From NCBI GenBank assembly GCA_026914245.1, contig CP110439.1:5828001-5892000 (forward strand): a DNA stretch of 64,000 nt, read 5' to 3'. Positions 38,822-52,700 of the stretch are shown one piece after another. Origin of the DNA: Puccinia triticina (taxonomy: Eukaryota). Each line of letters opens with the position of its first letter. The first letter of the stretch is position 1. Under the pieces are notes generated by a model. It searched no databases, was not told the DNA's origin, and saw only the letters and a list, made by a program, of their open reading frames with translations. A program made the position numbers and the translations under genes.

Positions 38822-38935
38822 ATGAAGACTGAAATCTAATGGCATATCCATAGACTAGTAAAAATGAAGACTAAAATCTAATGGCATATCCATAGACTAG
38901 TAAAAAAGAAGACTAAAATCTAATGGCATATCCAT
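38822..38935. repeat. 42-bp tandem repeat x~2.7
   Basis: Unit atgaagact(g/a)aaatctaatggcatatccatagactagtaaaa. Confidence 0.9.
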
Positions 38936-38937
38936 AA

Positions 38938-39122
38938 TAGCCCGGTTCACATTGGGGCATTTTATGCCCCTGACTAAAATCGGTGTTGCTGATTAATATA
39001 ATAAGTAAGCTTAAAAAGCTTAAAAATGGCCGTTGGAGTCTGACTTTCAGCAAGAGCTGACATTAAATGTGCATGATTGTAATTAAAATCTTGCTAGTTG
39101 AAGCCCAACGTGAACCGGGCTA
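38938..39122. mobile_element. ~185-bp MITE inserted in the third unit of the 42-bp repeat
   Basis: TIRs tagcccggttcacattggg / cccaacgtgaaccgggcta (1 mismatch); the repeat sequence atagactagtaa resumes immediately afterwards. Confidence 0.75.
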
Positions 39123-40116
39123 ATAGACTAGTAAGACTAAAATTCAGTGGGCATATCACATCCCTTGCATTGGGATCTCCACCTTGACTACTTCTTATAG
39201 GTCCAGATTGTTTGCCACCTGATTGGGTATTACATTCATCATTGATCTCAAGTCCACCATGAATGGTACTTTGTGACCAGAGATTTGAGTATTGATGAAT
39301 CCTAATGCGCAACTGTAATAGCAGTTGTATTCTGATTCCTCTTTGTCCTTACACCATGGGAGTTTACCCAGCACTTGCATGCAAGTGCCATCTCTGAACT
39401 CGGTCATAGATTGGGTTGGATCTCAATTACATGCTGGTTTGAAGCCAAGTTTTTGTCTGACTCAAATGATTCTGATATTAGGTTGAACAACAGTAGAATA
39501 TATTGTGTAATGTATCTGTAGAAAGTACCAGAGATGGTTGCTGAACTAAGTACCAGAGATGGTTGCTGAACTTAGCCCAATGTGGTGATATGTTTTCCTT
39601 GATTCAAAGTTTCAACCCAATATTTTGATGTCTTGTATGTACATGACATGCTGGTTTTCAAGTCATATCCCTGTTGGTTTCTGGGGAAACACCTTTTGTA
39701 TACCATTAGGGGGAATACGGACGGGTCCCCTAACCTTGTTTGATGAGCTATGTACAGCGGTATCTTCAAGAGTATGATAATCAGGAGCAAAATCTTGTAC
39801 TTCTTTTCCTGGTTCAAGTCTCTCAAACCAAAGAGGCAGTTGATTCATCAAATGTCCAAATCAGAGAGATGCTGATGTTTGTTTGCCAAATTTTGTAGGT
39901 TACATTGCTATCAGATATGGTGCCCTGCAAGTTGATATATTTAAGATTAAGCATAGGAGGATGTGTACTACAAGATGCTGTCAGGTGCATTCCATGATTT
40001 TGGAAACTAGATAACAGGCACCAAACAGATGCATACCATACATGTCTCAACTCTCCCTGCTTTTCATAACAATTCAGCTTTAGTCTTTCTAAGTCCTTCT
40101 TGGTCATGTCAAACAT
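39100..40116 (-). mobile_element. Highly decayed Gypsy gag-protease remnant
   Basis: SCALGFINTQISGHKVPFMVDLRSMMNVIP aligns with YSCPLGYIKITIGGEQHQALLDTGSMVNIIP of the 15806-16615 protease. Confidence 0.65.
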
Positions 40117-40129
40117 ACTATGCCCTGGT

Positions 40130-41945
40130 CAATTCATCATACCTATCAGTTCCCACTCTCAGGCTTGTTTTCCTGATCACCCACAACAGGCATTCCTGCG
40201 GCAAGGAACACACCGAGTTCATGTGTGATGTGCACCAAAGCAGCTGGTCAGAGATCTCAGTCAAGTTCAATGCAACTTCCTTGGTCCATTGCTAGGCCCT
40301 GTGGATACCTGCTTGACACCAATAACCAAAGAGGGAATGAACTCTTCAGAAACATCACTCATCAAAGTTAGAGCTTTGTTTCTAACCAAAATCAGGAACA
40401 ATCCCCAACTGAGAGGGTGCATATTCAGTGTTGCTTCAAATAATACCCGTGTTTCAGCTGCTTTTTCAAATGCCCACGTCAATCTCTTGCCCATCTGGAA
40501 CTACAATCCTAGTGTCTTTTTCAGCATTCCCCAAACCACCTCTTTTCTGAATTATAACAGTAGTCTGGAAGATGTTGGTGGTTCCTCAAATATAATACTC
40601 AGGAACTGTGTAACTAGCTTGAAGGACCATCAACACACGGCCCTACAGTTTCTGAAAAACAACAAGTCAGCTGAACATAATAGAATTTACAAGCTGTAAA
40701 AATATCCTATCAACAATTGGATACGTCAAAGTTGCAACCCATCTGACCTACAGCTTAAGGAAATAGAAAAATACTCTAGCCGAGGATCCCTACTTATTGA
40801 CAATATGGGATTAGGAAAAACATTAACCACACTGGCCCTGATTCTAGCTACCAGTCATTTAGTCAAGAAATCTCAGACTGATGGCATCCAAAATCTCCCT
40901 GTTCAATCTGCTGCAACACTTGTTGTTTGTCCATTGGCCACCTTGTCAAACTGGGAAAACAAGCTTGAGGTCCACTTTGTCAAGGGAGCTTTGCCTTACT
41001 GTATTTTTCACAGAAGGGAGCAAAGGCTGATTCAACAATAAGAGATCTTGTCCTCACTTGTTGTTCTGACAACCTATGAGATGGTTGAAACATCAGGAAA
41101 CCCTTCACACCAATCAAATCACAGTTGAATTGCTGGATGTGTGTTGGTTCAGAATAGTCTTGGATGAGGCTCAGTAAGTTGCACTAAGCTTATATCACTT
41201 TTCATCAATTCATGTCATTCTGACTGTATAAAATATGTAGTATGATATGCAATCCAACTCTTAACCAGACTGTCAACATTCAAAAACTTCAATCAAAATT
41301 CATTCTATGTCTCACCGGCACCCCATTTTAGAACAGACTGGCGGATGTCCAGAGCTTGATCTTGTTGCTGAAGATTTCACCTTGGGACCAGGAATGGGTC
41401 TGGAAGAAGCACCTTATTCCCGGAATGAATGTTGGTTTGCAGGATGAATAGGTTGATGGAAACTATGTGCTTGAGGCAAACAAAGGATGTACTCTTGAAC
41501 CTTCCTTCCAAGGTAGAAAAACATTGTGATACCTTGGGTGAACCGTGGGAGGATTTGTCTAGCAGATTTCACCAAACATTCATTCAGTGCTTTGGAAGAC
41601 TTCAATTGTCTGGAAAGCCATGGGATTCAACATAATTCTTCCAACAGCTGACCATGATTTGGCAATTTTGTAATCACCCAATCTTTGTACGGCATGAAAC
41701 AAGACTCTGAAAAACTAGTGCATCCTGTGGAGAACCTGAATGAATTCTTGCAAAGCAAGCGGGGTATTCAAAGACCCAAGGCTATTATTCTCCAGCTTTG
41801 TTGCCTATCTGGAGATGTAAGTTTTGCCCTATATTGTCTTGTATCCAAACAGAAGAAACATAACACTCATGACATGTAAGTATGAATCAACCAAGAATTG
41901 AAAAAGCACTCCAAGAGAAACAACTTGGTTCTGCATGGCTTTGGG
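40130..41945 (+). pseudogene. Decayed SNF2-family helicase, paralogue of 52854-55197
   Basis: LGPLLGP, IWNYNPSVFFSIP, LKDHQHTALQFL, IDNMGLGKTLTTLALIL, TLVVCPLATLSNWE, RIVLDEA(H), CLTGTP, MCLRQTKDVLLNLP, FCNHP. Same intron position after DEAH. Many stops; the 3' end is cut by a repeat. Confidence 0.9.
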
Positions 41946-42059
41946 TAGCACCAAGGTCTGGAACCTCTAGCGCGGATGACATGAACGGTGCCGGTGTGGT
42001 ATGCTTTATGGTTACCCATCTAGCCCATTTCAAAATTTTCCATTTTCTCATATGTACAC

Positions 42060-43070
42060 TCACAAATCAACCAATACGGAACACCATTGGATTCTACGGC
42101 CAAAACTACACAGGACACCATGGACAACACACCTTACACCCCTCTAGATCAGAAGATACAACCCCTTCAAGACACCATCAGCCGGTTTCACGCACACAAA
42201 CACCATACTCAGGTCATGTAATCCGTTACATGAACCACCCTTACCCAGGACCATGTAATCCGTTACATGGTCCGCTCTGACACTTGTCTACCCTTTACAG
42301 ATGCTTTACCTCATCAGCTGCACTCACTACATTGTGTTATGCACGCATCATGCAGTATCATGCAGTGTCATGCAGTGTCATGCACACTAGATGCAGGCTT
42401 ATGCAGGCTTATGCAGGCTTATGCAGTCTTGTGCAGGCTCATGCAGGTGCATGCAGACTAGTGTAATAGGGGCTGCAGTTCATGCAGGTGTCAAGCTAGC
42501 AAAAACCCCTCATGCAGCTTACACATGACATCAGTTGACAGCTCAGGCTAGCTAAATTCCCTTGTATGACATCATTTGACAGACAGGGGCAGTGCAGATG
42601 ATCAGATGACCCAATGACATCATACGTCAATGACATCATAGGCCAAACTCAAACCTCTCACCTCCACTTTCTCACCAGCTAAATTCCCTCATCTAGGCTG
42701 TACCACTAGCCAAAATCCCTCATTTGACAGCTCAGGGCAGCTAAAACCCCTCATTCCCTGGTTCCCCTGGAGCTAAAATCCCTCACCCTTTTCTATTTAA
42801 GGAGGCTCTCCTCCCCCCAGTTGTAATTTCTCTCAGCAAACTACTTGCACTCAGCTTACCCCATAAAACAGTACAACACTTGCTCACTCTACAGTATTAG
42901 CCCCCACTATATTGTGGTTTTACCCTTATTACATAACAATTACATACATACAACAACACTATTACATCGCTCAATCATCATCAACCCCTCTGTCAGGGTG
43001 TTCCACAACCTCTTTGCGGCAACACACGGACCATATCAACTTACAACTCGCTCAGCACCGGTTACATCAC
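42060..43070 (+). repeat. LTR-like repeat with low-complexity atgcaggctt array, related to 3119-3800
   Basis: Shares blocks with 3119-3800 in inverted orientation; repeated gctaaa(a)tccctca motifs; duplicated hairpin catgtaatccgttacatg at 42215 and 42251. Confidence 0.55.
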
Positions 43071-44700
43071 CCATATCCCCTACGCCACTTGTTCGACGTA
43101 GGCTATCTTTTGATACACCTCCACTATCACTACATAAACCTTCCAATCGTAGATTGGGGGGGCTTGTTTTAGTGTCTAGTGACCCAGGAAAGGCAGAGGT
43201 AACCTCATTCATCCCTTTCCGCACTCAGCAAAAGGTTCTCAGGAACACTTTTGAGCTTTACACCGGAGACAAAAGGAAGGACAGCTATGCCGCAAGGATC
43301 ACACCAGTTTGGGGACGGTTTCTTCACCTGTTTCTGTCAAAAGTTCCTGTTACAGTTTTCCTTTTCTTCCATCATCTAGATACACCTTTTGATCTCCACA
43401 TTATCCTTCAGAAAACTATACCAAATACAAGCATAAAACAATAGAAAATTCACTAAAGAAAATCAATCAAAACTCTTATTTCTGCCTCCCTTGTGCACAG
43501 GGTTTTCATTTTCTAACTCAAATCCAATTTTACGCCAGAAGAAAATCAATTAAACACAAAAATTATGCACATAAACCATTCAACTTACCACATCACAGTT
43601 TCTTTTGGTTCTCACTCTTCTTTCCTAGTTCTTTCTCTTCTCTTCATCACACTTCACTCAAGGTTGGATGATGGGAAAATCATCTAATGTGGTGGTGGAT
43701 GTGGTGAACCTCATCAAGTACGCAGACAGCTATCATGGAGAAATCTGCACCAGTCAAGTAAATTTCAACTTCCAATCTATCAGTTATACCTCCAAGCACC
43801 TAAAAACATTGGATCAGACTCTATCATAATCTCTACAAGAAGCCTCAAAATTTTCAGTATTCACTTTCATGGATGGACCTCCACAATGAGTAATGAAATG
43901 TGGATCACATCAATGGGAGAAAGTCCACCATCAAACAGAGCCAGACTATTAGGAAGAGCCCTGAGAGTTCACTAGATATTACTCCTTCATATTCCCTCAA
44001 GGCGTAACTCCTTTTCAGATGCATGGCGGCTGATGCGCCGTGTTTATTGTTTCTTCTTATGCCATCTCAAGCCATGTACACCATGGGAGTTTCCTTCTCT
44101 GAGCTCAGTAATAGATTTGATTGGATCTCAGTTAGATGCTGGTTGGAAGGCAATTTCATGTCTGCCACAAAGTAAGTTTATAAGAACTGGAATCATACCA
44201 AATGTGTTGTGCAATGTCTGTGTAAAATGTATGCCATACCTATGCTGAAAACCAGGCCAATTCAATGATAAAGTTTACTTGATCCTCAAGCTTGACCAAA
44301 CACCTGTGTCACCCTGTATACCCCATACTATAGACATGCATACAAGGAGCCACAAGCACCCCCATACCGACCCTACCCCGCCAAAAATAAAATTCTTAGA
44401 ATTCTCATGATTCCTAGAAACCAATGACTTGATTTGGCCGCGAAGCGGCCAAAATTTTCTCAATTCATTCCTCAGGAGTACCCCCCTAGTCCCCCCCCGA
44501 CGCCCCTACCTCTGATAAAGTAACATCACGCTCTAACCGGCCTCACATTACACCTGACACCTGTTAGTTTACATATCACACCAACCCACCGGCGGCATAC
44601 CCAACATCACCCTGCCCGGGTGCTTAGCTCTGATTTTCCCGCCCGGCAGTTTTAATACAACCTATCACCGGCGTACACAACTTGCTCATCTCAAGCTTTT

Positions 44701-44813
44701 ACAGTACACCCACAACAAATCAGTGCGTTCACAGTACACCCACAACAAATCAGCGCGTTCACAGTACACCCACAGCAAATCAGCGTGTTCACAGTACACC
44801 CACAACAAATCAG
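44701..44813. repeat. 30-bp tandem repeat x~3.8 just upstream of the KDZ start codon
   Basis: Unit acagtacacccacaacaaatcag(c/t)gcgttc at 44701, 44731, 44761 and 44791. Confidence 0.95.
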
Positions 44814-44842
44814 CTCTTTGTCTTTCCACCCTGCAGCCCACC

Positions 44843-47800
44843 ATGGCCATCTACCGCCTCAACGTTCTCGGCACAAACCGCAGGCAAGCAACCCGACGCC
44901 GTTTACATTCCAACCGTAATGCGGCAACCTTGGCAAGATTGCATCACGCAGAAAATCTTGATCAACACCATGCAAGCAATCCCGCCAACCCAAACCCGCC
45001 AATTCAGAATGTAATGGACAACAACACATTCACATATGCTAGCTGTCATGATGATGAAGAACATGGAGAACAGCACACCGAAGATGGTCTTGGCGGTGAT
45101 CATGATGAAAATCTTCCTGGGTGGGTCGGCTTGTCTGAAGAGGAACCCGATGAGATTGATCTTCTTATTGCCACAGATAAGGAGAAGCATCGGCAACAAG
45201 CGCGTGACTTCAATTGGGACGTACTTCTCAACCACCTTGTTGCTGAATACCTGAGGTTGAGAATCCTCACCAAGAACTGGGCCTCAACCAACTCTTACGA
45301 CAACTTCTCTCAGTGCCCATCAAGTTGTGTCAAGAAATATAATCGAAAGGTGGACTTGGTTGATATCCAGGGCAGGTCATCATATTCAGCAAAATTTACA
45401 TACATGAACTAACTTAATTTTTTGCTCTAGGTCAGCGGCGCAAACAAGTCAACTTTTGTGAATGCACTCTGGATGGTGTTTGCCTTCTCCAGCAAGGATA
45501 CCTTGCCGGTTCACCAGTCAAGCCTCAGGCAGCGTTTTCTGTTCCGCTTCTCATTTTCTACAACAGCCTCTGGAACCACTGTCATACAGGTGCACAGCCA
45601 TTCACACTAGCCCTCAACAAATGGCTTGAGCCTTGATAACAGCGATTATGTGTCCGCAAAGGTAAACATGTAAGTCTATTTTACCTAGTTTGTCAATTGT
45701 GTCTTCAAGATTACAATTAAATAATAATATCAATTTTATTTTTATTTTGCTCCAATTTTCAGGCCAGGGATCTTTGAAAACCTTTCTCAGCAGCCGTTGA
45801 CTTGTTTCGTCAATTAGAAGAAAGACAAAACAAAATTGTTGTTTCTTCTCTGAAGCTTTCTAGCCAGGAATTTCTAGCCTCACAGTCATGCCCAGCCTGC
45901 TTTGGGCCGCAGCCACCCAGCTCCTTGGATTATTCGGTAGACACACGCAATTGCCTCATAGTCTGCCTTGATGGCAACTTCCAGCACCGTCATCAAATTA
46001 AGGCTAGCCGAGATCATGTACCACTGCAAACACCTCCAATATTTATCAAACAAGCCGAGGTTGATGCAGTATCACAAGAAATCCGTGATCACAAAGCGCA
46101 AGGAATGGCTCCTGCACAGGTCTTAGTCCAATCTGATTCTTCTAATTTGTTGTAAGATTTGTGAATTCTACCAAATTTACTGAGAAGAATTCAATTCACA
46201 GGCCGACCGTTGTGCCAAATCCCACAAGGCAGCTGATGACAAACAAAACGAATCAACTTGGAAGGGCTGCGACGACACCAGCCTGATGGGATGCTGCTGT
46301 CAACACGATGCAGCCGTCTACCTTGCAAACATCTACAAATCAGGCGAGCAACGGCACTATCCCATGACAATCATCAAAAAAGTTCTATCAGAAATTGAGC
46401 CTGGCCGTCAAGTTGGTGTTTTGTACAACATTGGATGTACAATGGATAAGTACATTGATCGTGTTTGTTGCTTCTTCCTCTCTGCTATGTTGTGTGAAAC
46501 TGTTAAATGACTTTGAATTCACTTTGTTGTATTCACAGAGACAACTCATACCTCAGTATCAAAGCCAGCTACGTTTTGGCACCTCAGTCTTTCATGCCTA
46601 CGCACATAACTGGCTTTGTCAGTTGGAGTTCCATCCTCTTTTTAAAAAAGGATGGGGTTTGTCGGACAGGGAAGGGCTTGAACGGTTATGGTCTGGTCTA
46701 TCCCCCCTGGTCAGTCCCTTGAGGTATGCCACCTGCAATCGCCGTTTTGGTTCTCTCTCACATAAAACAAAACACCACAACACCCGGGGGATCAAACAGC
46801 TCCGTAAGTCTCCTAAAGATGTCAAAATATTGAAAAGATTAACCAAAAATGACATGATTGAAAATATTATTTTCAATGTAGCATTCTGGCTCCGCAAAAA
46901 GTTCCAAAAGGCCACTCAACACCGTTACAAAACCCAAGGAATCCTGAGGAAGCTCCTGGGCAAGCCAAATCCTCATCAACCAGGTGGGCAAAATTTTACG
47001 GTTGTGTTCTTCAAGAGGCAGTGGAGGGCGCAACGAGAATTTCACGCTAGTCATAGTGAAACAGAGACAGATCGCCAAAAAAAGCTAGTTGCACTTTACA
47101 AACGCGAGGCAACAGTCGAGCACATGAGGTATGCTTTTAAGCATTCCAGATGAATTTTAATTCCTTTCAAATAAACTTGATTTGTTTATTTTTTACGACT
47201 TGTTAGGCAACGTTTACAGAGCCCTGAGATCTTCTTCTCCACTGTTGCTGAGGTTCGGGCCCTTATGGACTCAATTGTTACCAAATCAGATTCTTTGAGT
47301 AGCCAGATTGCACAACTTACTGGCCGGAGTGGGGCAGCCGCAGACCAAGGCAAGTAGCCCATTCTGATAAATCACATGAATGCACACTCAAAATACACAT
47401 CCAACAGATTACAAAGAGGAGAAACCACGACTCCTTCTCTGGGATGCAAAATCAGATCTCTTTGCTCAAGCGGTCCAAATACATGCCGAGCGTTGACCAC
47501 TACTAGATTCACACATCATGGGATCTCATCTTGGAACACATGGAAAAGAAACTATAGTCAAAGCCCTTCAGAACCGACACCCAGCTGTCAAAAAAATCAT
47601 TGATTCATTCAACGAGCTTTATCAAGAATTCCGCGAGAAATACCCCGATCTCCAACAACCAGATGTACACAATCATCCTCTGACATACAAGGTCTTCATC
47701 CAATGGGAAATAGACCACGCTTTCTGGAATGATGGCCTGTACTATCATACTAATGCCCCTTGGTCAATTGACACAGATGTTTGTGAAGGGATCAACTGTA

Positions 47801-48377
47801 TTCTAGTACTTGGACGTATTCAAGAGGAGTTTGAAATGCTTGTGCAAGAGCTTTCTCGGACAATTGGTTGGGCAAGGCGGAAGTAATCACAAATCAAAGA
47901 AACCATAGATTACATAACCAGACGTAAGCTCCTTGTTTTTCAATTCATTGCTCCTTAATATTGGATACTGAATACATTTCAGCTACAGGAATTGAAGTCA
48001 TGAAAAGCAATCCAAATGTGACTCCCGATCAATTCAATGAATTATCATTGGGATTGTTAACAAGACTGGGAAAATTGGAATTGATCTGGGAAGAGTTGAA
48101 GTTGAACTTAATTGAGCATGGCGAGTTGATCGAATTGTGGTCCAATGACATTTCATGGCTGTGGCAGCAATGCCAACCTGATTCTAACAATTCTCAATTT
48201 CAAGAGTGGACTAGATTAATTGATCAGGTTAAACGAGACCGGCACACTTTTTTTCCCAATATCTTATCAAATGATCTGGCTTCAAATGATGTGGACAATG
48301 ATCTTGAAGAGGCTGTATTGGATGTTCTTCAAGATGATGGAGAAGATGTTCAGGAAGAGTTGATGACAGATGTGTAG
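44843..48377 (+). pseudogene. Kyakuja-Dileera-Zisupton (KDZ) transposase with CxC1-like cysteine cluster; multi-exon, inactivated
   Basis: CPSSC...VDLVDI / FCEC...LLQQGYLAGSPVKP / CPACFG; VCLDGNFQHRH; CCQHDAAVYLANIYKSGE; LYNIGC (YDIGC); FHAYAHNWLCQL...GWGLSDREGLERLWS; FWNDG...PWS. In-frame stops near 45636 and 45775. Confidence 0.92.
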
Positions 48378-48827
48378 CAAACTTGCCAAAGAAATTCACT
48401 GCTCCTTCAGCATTAGTCCAGAAATTTTTGTTCATTTCTTCTGCATTTTGGATAATTGATTTATTTTGATTGGCTTCATTGTTTTTCTCAACTACATTTA
48501 AAGTGCGCAAATTTTATTACGTTGGTTTGAGAATTTCACAAATAGACCATTTGACACCAATTGAGAATTGCTGAAGGCTGAGTGTTGTAGTAACAGTGCA
48601 GGTGCGTTGAGAAAACTTGAGTCACCAAGGTATTTGTTCTTATGGGGCATACTTCTCCTAGTATAAAATTGTGGATAGATTTTCTTATATTACATTTTAC
48701 AGTTGTAAGGTTTGAGCATCTCAATAGATTTATCAATATTTGTTCATCTCAAATAAGGAAAGATAGATCCAACTGACTCAAAAAATTCAGCGTTGGTTGA
48801 TATTAATTGAGGAAAAATAACTCCAAG

Positions 48828-49797
48828 CACTGCAAGAAAAACTCTAGAAACTGCTTGCAGTTGAGATGCAAGAGCTCAAGGCAAGCTGTGCCCCATGCAA
48901 GAATCAAGCACTGGTTGATTCCATGCACATTGTCTAATTTATGCAAGAGTGAGTCTAAGGTACAAAAAACTAAGTGCAGGAGTTGATACCTGTGCAAATT
49001 CCCCTTTCATGTGCACATACCCCTTTCATGTACACATACCCCTTTCATGTGCATATATCACTTTTGTATGAATTCACCCCTTTCATAATGTGTACATAGC
49101 CCTTTATGTGCACATACCCCTTTCATGTGTGTATATCCCTTTCATGTGCATGTATCCCTGTCACAATGTGTACATACCCCTTTCATCATGTGTTCATGAC
49201 CCTTTCATGCTTACATGCCCCCTTTGAGTTTTTTAGATCCCTTTTAATACCCCTTTTATCATTCAGGTTTACATACCCCTTTGATGTTTACATATCCCTT
49301 TCATGTGCAAATACCCCTTCTGCACAAACCCCTTTCATGCATAAATACCCCTTTCATGCATAAATACCCCTTTCATGCATAAATACCCCTTTCATGCATA
49401 AATACCCCTTTCATGCATACATGCCCCTTTCATCATGTGTAAATATCCCTCTTATGTGTTAATACACCTCCTCACATTCCCCTTTCATGCATACATAGTT
49501 CTTTCATCTGTACATATCCCTTTCATGTGTACATACCCTTTTTATGTTATTCTGGCTGGATTCAATGGTGCTGGATTGTTTGATAAAAGAAAATGAAAGG
49601 GTGCTCAGGGGGATGCTCATTTGCCTCAGCCTACTGCATGAGAACTACAGCATGTTCAACATTGAGATGCTGAACAAGGTACACACTCAAGTTGCACCAG
49701 CACGGAATTTGGGTGCTTGACTCCAGCTTGAGCTGAAGCTTGGTTGAAGCTTGCTGCATCTCAACTGCAAGCAGTTTCTAGAGTTTTTCTTGCAGTG
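48828..49797. mobile_element. Complete 970-bp non-autonomous CACTA/EnSpm-like element
   Basis: 43-bp perfect TIR CACTGCAAGAAAAACTCTAGAAACTGCTTGCAGTTGAGATGCA; 3-bp TSD AAG (48825-48827 and 49798-49800); internal array of cccctttcatg motifs including four perfect 19-mers at 49341-49416. Confidence 0.97.
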
Positions 49798-52700
49798 AAG
49801 GTAAATTTGGTCAAGAGATCAAGTAATGTTAAATTGGATGAGTTGATCCCAGAATTGTGATGCCCTCAACCAAGCCAATTATCCTGGAAGTTTCAAGAAT
49901 TAATTTCAGAAAGAAGTACTATTGTTGATGCAAAAAGAAAACCTGAATTCTGATCTCTTGTCAACAAACTTGAATCAACTTCCATAAAAACCCACATCAA
50001 CCTTTGCTATACATATGTGAATGACAAAAATTGATGCTTTCATGTGAAATTAACATTATCCAAGCATTCAATTTCTGGTGTTCATACACTTATTCAGATC
50101 TTTTATCAACTGAAGATGTTGAATTTAATGAACATAAATTTGAGGTCTGACAAGCTGAAATTAAAAATCAAAACACATCATAAGTAAAGTGTAGTGCAAT
50201 AGTCTGCCTTTTACTTCAAAATGAATTTTAAGCACCTGCAACTGTGTCTAAATTATGTTTTTCACTCTGCCAAAGGTTTTCCAGTCATAACCTCAATGAG
50301 TCTGCATTGTGCAACCAATCTCATATATATGAAGAGGAGTTGGAAAATGGAAAATAGCAAAGCCCCAACCAAATTTGTAAAAGCAACATATATATAAAGA
50401 GGTGTTGCAGAATAGCTATTAGAGACCCAAAATTTTCAAAAGCAGCATCATTCCAGTACTACCTTGACTGGGATCATCTATTTATGATATCTTGATTGTC
50501 TCAACCCAGAAGCATCCATGGAATAAGCATCCCCCACCTAACCTATATTTCCTGACTCAAAATTAGCTGTGGGCATGCTCCACACTTTTCAATGAATGGC
50601 TACCACTGGGGTACATGCTGGCACATTGCCTATTTTGCTTGCAGCTACGTTCCCCAAGCTTCAATAAGGTCACCCATCACCGGTAAACACAAGTAAACCC
50701 TCTGTGCAGGTGCCACAAGCTTACACAAGCAACCAACAACCGGTCAACCGCAGCAGGTAATTCCGCAACCTTCCACCCACATTTAGAGCATCCAGGGCCA
50801 CCACCGTCTCAACCTTGTCATAGAAACTTCTATTTATGTAAACTCGTTCTGTCCAATTCACCTTCCCACACTATCTGCAAGAACTTACTAGACGTGAATC
50901 GGCCGCTCCACCTTTAATCAACCACCTCATCAAGACCCGCCCGCGCTCACAAACCGGCACCTATGCTAGCTTGAACAATTGCTATCCAACTGCGTGCACG
51001 TCTCTCTTGAAAACAATCCTCATATTCACACTTCAGCTCCTTATTGGATCAGGTCTTCTTGCCACACCTCTCACACCTGTAAGCAGCACTTCCCTCAACC
51101 AAGATACTAAACTGTTGCTCAAGTTTTTTATCTTCTGTAGTTTGATCTGTTCTCTGCCATTGTGCCAGATCAATCAAATTCCAAGTCTGATTTTCGGCTA
51201 TATTGCAATTTGGCGCGGTAGTCTGGCACCTTCTGTACCTGTGAGTGTAAGGCTCAGTTAAGCGCGTTAAATCTTCTATTTCTGACTTCCAATCCTTGTT
51301 TTAGTTCTGAGTATGGACTTGTTTGAAAATCAACGCGTTGGCCCTTGAGACAATCCCAACCCAGGAGCACCTCCGAATTATTCTACACCTGGCTCTGGTT
51401 CTGAAATTTTGGCTCTCCGGAGTGCCCCTCCCTCGTCCCTCTCCACTGAGATATTGCCTCACACCAGGGGGGAATGTGTGGCACTCTCCAGAGAGTGCCA
51501 GACCGTAACTTAATCATTCAAATGGTCTGATGTCAGCCTGATCTCAGTCCTGGGTTCAGCAGCAAGGAATTACTACCCTCATTCCCAACTCATTACCAAC
51601 TGCAGGAAGCAGGTGATGATGAATTCATCAGTCTGCAAGTCTGAACTCATGTTTGAATCCTACTGAGACAATGTTTACCGTCTCCATCTGCATTTTACTT
51701 GTAATGTCTCTTGCCCTTCACCTGTTAATCCAGCGCATAAATTCATGGTTTGCTGTCACACATGTCTGCACGTGGAAGCTATTTAGCCAGGATGATTAAA
51801 AAACAGCAACTGAGCTGGATTGCTGCTGAGTAGACAATTGTGATTGAGACACTGGGGATGGTGACCTTCGACGTTCTTTGGGAGTGTTTTTGGCAGCTTT
51901 ATCTACCTCCTGGATCCTAGTTTCCTCTGTGTGCGCAGCATCAGCAACATCTGGAGTAGGAAGTGGACCAGAAGTCAGCCCCTGTTGACAACTGCCAAGA
52001 AAAATTACAAGGCCAGATCTTTGAAGTCATTCGAATTAGTTACCCATACCTGTTGGGTTGTGGGTTGTGCATTCCCACCCAAATCGACAAACTGATGTTT
52101 TTTGCCCTAGAGATTGCTGACATAGTGCGTGAGTGAGTCTCATCACTGCTGCATGAACCAGCAGGTCAAACACTGCTCTTTTTGTTGCATGTGGGCCACT
52201 GATCTTTTTGCTCTACCGGGTATTTCATCCATAAAGGCCATTGATGCACTGACTGGTGAGTTAATTGGGTCGTGTGGTGTAGTGACAACTGATGCCCAAG
52301 CAGAAGGTTTCTCTTGCTTGGTTTGAATGTCCCTGATCCTGCATATTGCAACCCAAGTGTGCTGGCCCTACCAATGAAATTGAGCTGGGTGTGTAGATGC
52401 AAAGCTAGAGTGTTAGATCAGCCAGCGGAGCCAGGCTTGTGAAGTGAGGGCAGCCAAGCCTTTTCAATGCTGTAAGCCAGTTGGGGAGAGTAGACTTCAT
52501 CTTGACCATATGTGGCAGTTTCAGGGCAGGTCAAACCCTCTGGTGTCCTCGAAATTTTGTTACTCTTGGGGGAAGCGCCACAGACGTGAGCTCGCAAGTC
52601 AAGATTAGCAAATTTTATTGGTACCAAACAACGCGCATCGACATATATGCATGTTTGGCCCGAGAAAGGTTTGTGAGTACACAACCAAAGAACATGCGAG

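Noticed and set aside
42845..43444. 199-aa ORF
   Set aside because: Overlaps LTR-like low-complexity sequence, has a non-ATG start and shows no domain signal.
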